Assembly (NCBI GenBank): GCA_964016885.1
Contig: OZ024742.1
Location: 11,284,001-11,348,000, forward strand
Direction: 5' to 3'
Origin: Eledone cirrhosa
Lineage: Eukaryota
Length of the DNA stretch: 64,000 nucleotides
A program made the translations under genes and the position numbers. This document shows, one piece after another, positions 53,501-64,000 of this stretch. Position 1 is the stretch's first letter. Each line of letters begins with the position of its first letter. The notes below the pieces were generated by a model. It did not search any database, was not told the origin of the DNA, and saw only the letters and a list, made by a program, of their open reading frames with translations.

Positions 53501-56500
53501 CTGTAGAAAGATGACTATTGCAGAGTGGTCACAGTGATGGTGATAAACAAGTCTGTAGAAAGGTGACTATTGCAGTGTGGTCACAGTGATGGTGATAAAC
53601 AACAGTCTGTAGAAATATGACGATTGCAGTGTCGTGACAGTGATGGTGATAAACAACAGTCTGTAGAAAGATGACTATTGCAGTGTGGTCACAGTGATGG
53701 TGATAAACAACAGTCTGTAGAAAGATGATGATTGCAGTGTGGTCACAGTGATGGTGATAAACAAGTCTGTAGAAAGATGACGATTGCAGTGTGGTCACAG
53801 TGATGGTGATAAACAACAGTCTGATGAAAGATGGCGATTGCAGTGTGGTCACAATGATGGTGATAAAAAACAGTCTGTAGAAATATGGCGATTGCAGTGT
53901 GGTCACAGTGATGGTGATAAACAAGTCTGTACAAAGATGGCGATTGCAGTGTGGTCACAGTGATGGTGATAAACAAGTATGTAGAAAGATGACCTTTGCA
54001 GTGTGGTCACAGTGATGGTGATAAACAACAGTCTGTAGAAGGATGACGATTGCAGTGTGGTCACAGTGATGGTGATAAACAACAGTCTGTAGAAAGATGG
54101 CGATTGCAGTGTGGTTACAGTGATGGTGATAAACAACAGTCTGTAGAAAGATGACGATTGCAGTGTGGTCACAGTGATGGTGATAAACAACAGTCTGAAG
54201 AAAGATGACTATTGCAGTGTGGTCACAGTGATGGTGATAAACAAGTCTGTAGAAAGATGACGATTGCAGTGTGGTCACAGCGATGGTGATAAACAAAGTC
54301 TGTAGAAAGATGACGATTGCAGTGTGGTCACAGCGATGGTGATAAACAAAGTCTGTAGAAAGATGGCGATTGCAGTGTGGTCACAGTGATCGTGATAAAC
54401 AACAGTCTGTAGAAAGATGATGATTGCAGTGTGGTCATAGTGATGGTGATAAACAACAGTCTGTAGAAAGATGGCGATTGCAGTGTGGTCACATTGATGG
54501 TGATAAACAACAGTCTGTAGAAAGATGACTATTGCAGTGTGGTCACAGTGATGGTGATAAACAACAGTCTGTAGAAAGATGATGATTGCAGTGTGTTCAT
54601 AGTGATGGTGATAAACAACAGTCTGTAGAAAGATGGCGATTGCAGTGTAGTCACAATGATGGTGATAAACAACAGAATGTATAAAGATGACTATTGCAGT
54701 GTGGCCACAGTGATGGTGATAAACAACAGTCTGTAGAAAGATGACGATTGCAGTTTGGTCATAGTGATGGTGATTAACAACAGTCTGTAGAAAGATGACG
54801 ATTGCAGTGTGGTCACAGTGATGGTGATAAACAAGTCTGTAGAAAGATGACTATTGCAGTGTGGTCACAGTGATGGTGATAAACAAGTCTGTAGAAAGAT
54901 GACGATTGCAGTGTGGTCACATTGATGGTGATAAACAACAGTCTGTAGAAAGATAACTATTGCTGTGTGGTCACAGTGATGGTGATAAACAAGTCTGTAG
55001 AAAGATGACTATTGCAGAGTGGTCACAGTGATGGTGATAAACAAGTCTGTAGAAAGGTGACGATTGCAGTGTGGTCACAGTGATGGTGATAAACAAGTCT
55101 GTAGAAAGATGACTATTGCAGTGTGGTCACAGTGATGGTGATAAACAAGTCTGTAGAAAGATGATGATTGCAGTGTGGTCACAGTGATGGTGATAAACAA
55201 CAGTCTGTAGAAAGATGACGATTGCAGTGTGGTCACAGTGATGGGGATGAACAACAGTCTGTAGAAAGATGACTATTGCAGTGTGGTCACAGTGATGGTG
55301 ATAAACAAGTCTGTAGAAAGCTGACTATTGCAGTGTCGTCACAGTGATGGTGATAAACAACAGTCTGTAGAAAGCTGACTATTGCAGTGTGGTCACAGTG
55401 ATGGTGATAAACAACAGTCTGTAGAAAGCTGACTATTGCAGTGTGGTCACAGTGATGGTGATAAACAAGTCTGTAGAAAGCTGACTATTGCAGTGTCGTC
55501 ACAGTGATGGAGATAAACAACAGTCTGTAGAAAGATGACTATTGCAGTGTGGTCACAGTGATGGTGATAAACAACAGTCTGTAGAAAGCTGACTATTGCA
55601 GTGTCGTCACAGTGATGGTGATAAACAACAGTCTGTAGAAAGATGACTATTGCAGTGTGGTCACAGTGATGGTGATAAACAAGTCTGTAGAAAGATGATG
55701 ATTGCAGTGTGGTCACAGTGATGGTGATAAACAAGTCTGTAGAAAGATGACGATTACAGTGTGGTCACATTGATGGTGATAAACAACAGTCTGTAGAAAG
55801 ATGGCGATTGCAGTGTGGTCACAGTGATGGGGATAAATAACAGAATGTAGAAAGATAACTATTGCTGTGTGGTCACAGTGATAGTGATAAACAAGTCTGT
55901 AGAAAGATGACTATTGCAGTGTGGTCATAGTGATGGTGATAAACAAGTCTGTAGAAAGATGACGATTGCAGTGTGGTCACAGTGATGGTGATAAACAACA
56001 GTCTGTAGAAAGATGACGATTGCTGTGTGGTCACAGTGATGGTGATAAACAACAGTCTGTAGAATGATGACGTTTGCAGTGTGGTCACAGTGATGGTGAT
56101 AAACAACAGTCTAACGAAAGATGACTATTGCAGTGTGGTCACAGTGATGGTGATAAACAAGTCTGTAGAAAGATGACTATTGCAGTGTGGTCACAGTGAT
56201 GGTGATAATCAACAGTCTGATGAAAGATGGCGATTGCAGTGTGGTCACAATGATGGTGATAAAAAACAGTCTGTAGAAAGCTGACTATTGCAGTGTCGTC
56301 ACAGTGATGGAGATAAACAACAGTCTGTAGAAAGCTGACTATTGCAGTGTGGTCACAGTGATGGTGATAAACAACAGTCTGTAGAAAGCTGACTATTGCA
56401 GTGTAGTCACAGTGATGGCGATAAACAACAGTCTGTAGAAAGATGACTATTGCAGTGTGGTCACAGTGATGGTGATAAACAAGTCTGTAGAAAGATGACG

Positions 56501-59500
56501 ATTGCAGTGTGGTCACAGTGATGGTGATAAACAACAGTCTGTAGAAAGATGACGATTGCAGTGTCGTCACAGTGATGGTGATAAACAATAGAATGTAGAA
56601 AGATGACGATTGCAGTGTGGTCACAGTGATGGTGATAAACAAGTCTGTAGAAAGATGACGATTGCAGTGTGGTCACAGTGATGGTGATAAACAATAGAAT
56701 GTAGAAAGATGACGATTGCAGTGTGGTCACAGTGATGGTAATAAACAAGTCTGTAGAAAGATGACGATTGCAGTGTGGTCACAGTGATGGTGATAAACAA
56801 GTATGTAGAAAGATGACGATTGCAGTGTGGTCACAGTGATGGTGATAAACAAGTCTGTAGAAAGATAACGATTGCAGTGTGGTCACAGTGATGGTGATAA
56901 ACAACAGTCTGTAGAAAGATGATGATTGCAGTGTGGCCACAGTGATGGTGATAAACAACAGTCTGTAGAAAGATGACGATTGCAGTGTGGTCACAGTGAT
57001 GGTGATAAACAACAGTCTGTAGAAAGATGGCGATTGCAGTGTGGTCACAGTGATGGGGATAAACAACAGTCTGTAGAAAGATGACTATTGCAGTGTGGCC
57101 ACAGTGATGGTGATAAACAAGTCTGTAGAAAGATGACGATTGCAGTGTGGTCACAGTGATGGTGATAAACAAAGTCTGTAGAAAGATGGCGATTGCAGTG
57201 TGGTCACAGTGATCGTGATAAACAACAGTCTGTAGAAAGATGATGATTGCAGTGTGGTCATAGTGATGGTGATAAACAACAGTCTGTAGAAAGATGGCGA
57301 TTGCACTGTGGTCACAGTGATGGTGATAAACAACAGTCTGTAGAAAGATGATGATTGCAGTGTGTTCATAGTGATGGTGATAAACAACAGTCTGTAGAAA
57401 GATGGCGATTGCAGTGTAGTCACAATGATGGTGATAAACAACAGAATGTATAAAGATGACTATTGCAGTGTGGCCACAGTGATGGTGATAAACAACAGTC
57501 TGTAGAAAGATGACGATTGCAGTTTGGTCATAGTGATGGTGATTAACAACAGTCTGTAGAAAGATGACGATTGCAGTGTGGTCACAGTGATAGTGATAAA
57601 CATGTCTGTAGAAAGATGACTATTGCAGTGTGGTCACAGTGATGGTGATAAACAAGTCTGTAGAAAGATGACGATTGCAGTGTGGTCACAGTGATGGTGA
57701 TAAACAAGTCTGTAGAAAGATGACGATTGCAGTGTGGTCACAGTGATGGTGATAAACAACAGTCTGTAGAAGGATGACGATTGCAGTGTGGTCACATTGA
57801 TGGTGATAAACAACAGTCTGTAGAAAGATAACTATTGCAGTGTGGTCACAGTGATGGTGATAAACAAGTCTGTAGAAAGATGACTATTGCAGAGTGGTCA
57901 CAGTGATGGTGATAAACAAGTCTGTAGAAAGGTGACGATTGCAGTGTGGTTACAGTGATGGGGATAAACAACAGTCTGTAGAAAGATGACGATTGCAGTG
58001 TGGTCACAGTGATGGTGATAAACAACAGTCTGTAGAAATCTGACTATTGCAGTGTCGTCACAGCGATGGTGATAAACAACAGTCTGTAGAAAGATGACTA
58101 TTGCAGTGTGGTCACAGTGATGGTGATAAACAACAGTCTGTAGAAAGATGACGATTGCAGTGGGGTCACAGTGATGGTGATAAACAAGTCTGTAGAAAGA
58201 TGATGATTGCAGTGTGGTCACAGTGATGGTGATAAACAACAGTCTGTAGAAAGATGACGATTGCTGTGTGGTCACAGTGATGGTGATAAACAACAGTCTG
58301 TAGAATGATGACGTTTGCAGTGTGGTCACAGTGATGGTGATAAACAACAGTCTAACGAAAGATGACTATTGCAGTGTAGTCACAGTGATGGTGATAAACA
58401 AGTCTGTAGAAAGATGACTATTGCAGTGTGGTCACAGTGATGGTGATAAACAACAGTCTGTAGAAAGATGACGATTGCAGTGTGGTCACAGTGATGGTGA
58501 TAAACAACAGTCTGTAGAAAGATGACTATTGCAGTGTGGTCACAGTGATGGTGATAAACAACAGTCTGATGAAAGATGGCGATTGCAGTTTGGTCACAAT
58601 GATGGTGATAAACAACAGTCAGATGAAAGATGGCAATTGCAGTGTGGTCACAATGATGGTGATAAAAAACAGTCTGTAGAAAGATGGCGATTGCAGTGTG
58701 GTCACAGTGATGGTGATAAACAAGTCTGTAGAAAGATGACGATTGCAGTGTGGTCACAGTGATGGTGATAAACAAAGTCTGTAGAAAGATGGCGATTGCA
58801 GTGTGGTCACAGTGATCGTGATAAACAACGGTCTGTAGAAAGATGATGATTGCAGTGTGTTCATAGTGATGGTGATAAACAACAGTCTGTAGAAAGATGG
58901 CGATTGCAGTGTAGTCACAATGATGGTGATAAACAACAGAATGTATAAAGATGACTATTGCAGTGTGGCCACAGTTATGGTGATAAACAAGTCTGTAGAA
59001 AGATGGCGATTGCAGTGTGGTCACAGTGATGGTGATAAACAAGTCTGTAGAAAGATGACTATTGCAGTGTGGTCACAGTGATGGTGATAAACAAGTCTGT
59101 AGAAAGATGACGATTGAAGTGTGGTCACATTGATGGTGATAAACAACAGTCTGTAGAAAGATAACTATTGCAGAGTGGTCACAGTGATGGTGATAAACAA
59201 GTCTGTAGAAAGGTGACGATTGCAGTGTGGTCACAGTGATGGTGATAAACAACAGTCTGTAGAAAGGTGACGATTGCAGTGTGGTCACAGTGATGGTGAT
59301 AAACAACAGTCTGTAGAAAGGTGACGATTGCAGTGTGGTCACAGTGATGGTGATAAACAACAGTCTGTAGAAAGATGACGATTGCAGTGTGGTCACAGTG
59401 ATGGTGATAAACAACAGTCTGTAGAAAGATGACGATTGCAGTGTGGTCACAGTGATGGTGATAAACAATAGAATGTAGAAAGATGATGATTGCAGTGTGG

Positions 59501-62500
59501 TCACAGTGATGGTGATAAACAAGTCTGTAGAAAGATGACGATTGCAGTTTGGTCATAGTGATGGTGATAAACAACAGTCTGTAGAAAGATGAAGATTGCA
59601 GTGTAGTCACAATGATGGTGATAAACAACAGAATGTATAAAGCTGACTATTGCAGTGTGGCCACAGTTATTGTGATAAACAAGTCTGTAGAAAGATGGCG
59701 ATTGCAGTGTGGTCACAGTGATGGTGATAAACAAGTCTGTAGAAAGATGACTATTGCAGTGTGGAAACAGTGATGGTGATAAACAAGTCTGTAGAAAGAT
59801 GACGATTGCAGTGTGGTCACAGTGATGGTGATAAACAAGTATGTAGAAAGATGACGATTGCAGTGTGGTCACAGTGATGGGGATAAACAACAGTCTGTAG
59901 AAAGATGACTATTGCAGTGTGGTCACAGTGATGGTGATAAACAACAGTCTGTAGAAAGATGACGATTGCAGTGTCGTCACAGTGATGGTGATAAACAATA
60001 GAATGTAGAAAGATGACGATTGCAGTGTGGTCACAGTGATGGTGATAAACAATAGAATGTAGAAAGATGACGATTGCAGTGTGGTCACAGTGATGGTGAT
60101 AAACAAGTCTGTAGAAAGATGACGATTGCAGTGTGGTCACAGTGATGGTGATAAACAACAGTCTGATGAAAGATGGCGATTACGGTGTGGTCACAATGAT
60201 GGTGATAAAAAACAGTCTGTAGAAATATGGCGATTGCAGTGTGGTCACAGTGATGGTGATAAACAAGTCTGTACAAAGATGGCGATTGCAGTGTGGTCAC
60301 AGTGATGGTGATAAACAAGTATGTAGAAAGATGACCTTTGCAGTGTGGTCACAGTGATGGTGATAAACCACAGTCTGTAGAAGGATGACGATTGCAGTGT
60401 GGTCACAGTGATGGTGATAAACAACAGTCTGTAGAGAGATGGCGATTGCAGTGTGGTCACAGTGGTGGTGATAAACAAGTCTGTAGAAAGATGGCGATTG
60501 CAGTGTGGTCACAGTGATAGTGATAAACAACATCTTTAGAAAAGTGCCGATTGCAGTGTGGTCACAGTGATGGGGATAAACAAGTCTGTAGAAAGATGGC
60601 GATTGCAGTGTCGTCACAGTGATGGTGATAAACAAGTCTATAGAAAGATGGCGATTGCAGTGTTTTCACAGTGATGGTGATAAACAACATTCTGTAGATA
60701 GATAACGATTGCAGTGTGGTCACAGTGATGGTGATAAACAAGTCTGTAGAAAGATGGCGATTGCAGTGTGGTCTCAGTGATGGTGATAAACAACAGTCTG
60801 TAGAAGATGGCGATTGCAGTGTGGTCACAGTGATGGTGATAAACAACAGTCTGTAGAAAGATGAAGATTGCAGTGTGTTCACAGTAATGGTGATAAACAA
60901 CAGTCTGTAGAAAGATGGCGATTGCAGTGTGGTTACAGTGATGGTGATAAACAACAGTCTGTAGAAAGATGACGATTGCAGTGTGGTCACAGTGATGGTG
61001 ATAAACAACAGTCTGTAGAAAGATGACTATTGCAGTGTGGTCACAGTGATGGTGATAAACAAGTCTGTAGAATGATGACTATTGCAGTGTGGTCACAGTG
61101 ATGGTGATAAACAACAGAATGTAGAAAGATGACTATTGCAGTGTGGCCACAGTGATGGTGATAAACAAGTCTGTAGAAAGATGACAATTGCAGTGTGGTC
61201 ACAGTGATGGTGATAAACAAAGTCTGTAGAAAGATGGCGATTGCAGTGTGGTCACAGTGATCGTGATAAACAACAGTCTGTAGAAAGATGATGATTGCAG
61301 TGTGGTCATAGTGATGGTGATAAACAACAGTCTGTAGAAAGATGGCGATTGCAGTGTGGTCACAGTGATGGTGATAAACAACAGTCTGTAGAAAGATGAT
61401 GATTGCAGTGTGTTCATAGTGATGGTGATAAACAACAGTCTGTAGAAAGATGGCGATTGCAGTGTAGTCACAATGATGGTGATAAACAACAGAATGTATA
61501 AAGATGACTATTGCAGTGTGGCCACAGTGATGGTGATAAACAACAGTCTGATGAAAGATGGCGATTGCAGTGTGGTCACAATGATGGTGATAAAAAACAG
61601 TCTGTAGAAAGATGGCGATTGCAGTGTGGTCACAGTGATGGTGATAAACAAGTCTGTAGAAAGATGACGATTGCAGTGTGGTCACAGTGATGGTGATAAA
61701 CAAAGTCTGTAGAAAGATGGCGATTGCAGTGTGGTCACAGTGATCGTGATAAACAACAGTCTGTAGAAATAGTGCGATTGCAGTGTGGTCACAGTGATGC
61801 TGATAAACAACAGTCTGTAGAAAGATGATAATTGCAGTGTGTTCATAGTGATGGTGATAAACAACAGTCTGTAGAAAGATGGCGATTGCAGTGTAGTCAC
61901 AATGATGGTGATAAACAACAGAATGTATAAAGCTGACTATTGCAGTGTGGCCACAGTTATTGTGATAAACAAGTCTGTAGAAAGATGGCGATTGCAGTGT
62001 GGTCACAGTGATGGTGATAAACAAGTCTGTAGAAAGATGACTATTGCAGTGTGGTCACAGTGATGGTGATAAACAAGTCTGTAGAAAGATGACGATTGCA
62101 GTGTGGTCACATTGATGGTGATAAACAACAGTCTGTAGAAAGATAACTATTGCTGTTTGGTCACAGTGATGGTGATAAACAAGTCTGTAGAAAGATGACT
62201 ATTGCAGAGTGGTCACAGTGATGGTGATAAACAATAGAATGTAGAAAGATGACGATTGCAGTGTGGTCACAGTGATGGTGATAAACAATAGAATGTAGAA
62301 AGATGACGATTGCAGTGTGGTCACAGTGATGGTGATAAACAAGTCTGTAGAAAGATGACGATTGCAGTGTGGTCACAGTGATGGTGATAAACAAGTATGT
62401 AGAAAGATGACGATTGCAGTGTGGTCACAGTGATGGGGATAAACAACAGTCTGTAGAAAGATGACTATTGCAGTGTGGTCACAGTGATGGTGATAAACAA

Positions 62501-64000
62501 CAGTCTGTAGAAAGATGACGATTGCAGTGTCGTCACAGTGATGGTGATAAACAATAGAATGTAGAAAGATGACGATTGCAGTGTGGTCACAGTGATGGTG
62601 ATAAACAAGTCTGTAGAAAAATGACGATTGCAGTGTGGTCACAGTGATGGTGATAAACAATAGAATGTAGAAAGATGACGATTGCAGTGTGGTCACAGTG
62701 ATGGTGATAAACAAGTCTGTAGAAAGATGACGATTGCAGTGTGGTCACAGTGATGGTGATAAACAAGTATGTAGAAAGATGACGATTGCAGTGTGGTCAC
62801 AGTGATGGGGATAAACAACAGTCTGTAGAAAGATGACTATTGCAGTGTGGTCACAGTGATGGTGATAAACAACAGTCTGTAGAAAGATGACGATTGCAGT
62901 GTCGTCACAGTGATGGTGATAAACAATAGAATGTAGAAAGATGACGATTGCAGTGTGGTCACAGTGATGGTGATAAACAAGTCTGTAGAAAGATGACGAT
63001 TGCAGTGTGGTCACAGTGATGGTGATAAACAATAGAATGTAGAAAGATGACGATTGCAGTGTGGTCACAGTGATGGTGATAAACAAGTCTGTAGAAAGAT
63101 GACGATTGCAGTGTGGTCACAGTGATGGTGATAAACAACAGTCTGATGAAAGATGGCGATTGCAGTGTGGTCACAATGATGGTGATAAAAAACAGTCTGT
63201 AGAAATATGGCGATTGCAGTGTGGTCACAGTGATGGTGATAAACAAGTCTGTACAAAGATGGCGATTGCAGTGTGGTCACAGTGATGGTGATAAACAAGT
63301 ATGTAGAAAGATGACCTTTGCAGTGTGGTCACAGTGATGGTGATAAACAACAGTCTGTAGAGAGATGGCGATTGCAGTGTGGTCACAGTGGTGGTGATAA
63401 ACAAGTCTGTAGAAAGATGGCGATTGCAGTGTGGTCACAGTGATAGTGATAAACAACATCTGTAGAAAAATGCCGATTGCAGTGTGGTCACAGTGATGGG
63501 GATAAACAAGTCTGTAGAAAGATGGCGATTGCAGTGTCGTCACAGTGATTGTGATAAACAAGTCTATAGAAAGATGGCGATTGCAGTGTTTTCACAGTGA
63601 TGGTGATAAACAACATTCTGTAGATAGATAACGATTGCAGTGTGGTCACAGTGATGGTGATAAACAAGTCTGTAGAAAGATGGCGATTGCAGTGTGGTCT
63701 CAGTGATGGTGATAAACAACAGTCTGTAGAAGATGGCGATTGCAGTGTGGTCACAGTGATGGTGATAAACAACAGTCTGTAGAAAGATGAAGATTGCAGT
63801 GTGTTCACAGTAATGGTGATAAACAACAGTCTGTAGAAAGATGACTATTGCAGTGTGGCCACAGTGATGGTGATAAACAAGTCTGTAGAAAGATGACAAT
63901 TGCAGTGTGGTCACAGTGATGGTGATAAACAAAGTCTGTAGAAAGATGGCGATTGCAGTGTGGTCACAGTGATCGTGATAAACAACAGTCTGTAGAAAGA
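11510..64000. repeat. Satellite DNA array with a 54-bp consensus monomer and 52/53-bp length variants, ~980 head-to-tail copies, continuing past the window end
   Basis: Consensus AGTCTGTAGAAAGATGACGATTGCAGTGTGGTCACAGTGATGGTGATAAACAAC. Variants are AAACAAGT (52 bp) and AAACAAAGT (53 bp), mostly with 0-4 substitutions per unit. One orientation throughout, with no insertions seen. Confidence 0.99.

Noticed and set aside
11421-63932. Over 200 ORFs, almost all minus-strand, encoding VVYHHHCDHTAIVIFLQT or LFITITVTTLQSSSFYRL repeats, superficially a His/Cys metal-binding repeat protein
   Set aside because: The 54-bp unit is simply stop-free in two frames. Frequent 52/53-bp units shift the frame into a stop, the common GACTAT variant creates TAG, and most starts are non-ATG. 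There is no sign of coding constraint.
11510-64000. CRISPR-like regularly spaced repeats
   Set aside because: There are no unique spacers (the whole unit repeats), no cas genes, and the context is eukaryotic.

Overview
This is eukaryotic, AT-rich, repeat-saturated DNA. The SINE families and microsatellite density suggest an octopus or other coleoid cephalopod, which is inference only. Bases 1-11.5 kb hold a decayed Penelope-like retroelement (RT plus C-terminal GIY-YIG endonuclease), two candidate hammerhead ribozymes downstream of it, and a 115-bp nested palindrome. They also hold a hAT-type MITE carrying two tandem SINEs, many tRNA-derived SINE copies, an RTE-like non-autonomous element present twice in opposite orientations, microsatellites, and an intron-containing elongator tRNA-Met gene. 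From ~11,510 to the window end there is one uninterrupted, single-orientation 52/53/54-bp satellite array (~980 monomers). It has a patchwork of kilobase-scale duplicated blocks and appears to grow out of the 3' end of a locally duplicated ~170-bp element. No intact protein-coding gene is supported. The many His-rich or hydrophobic ORFs are satellite or microsatellite artefacts.
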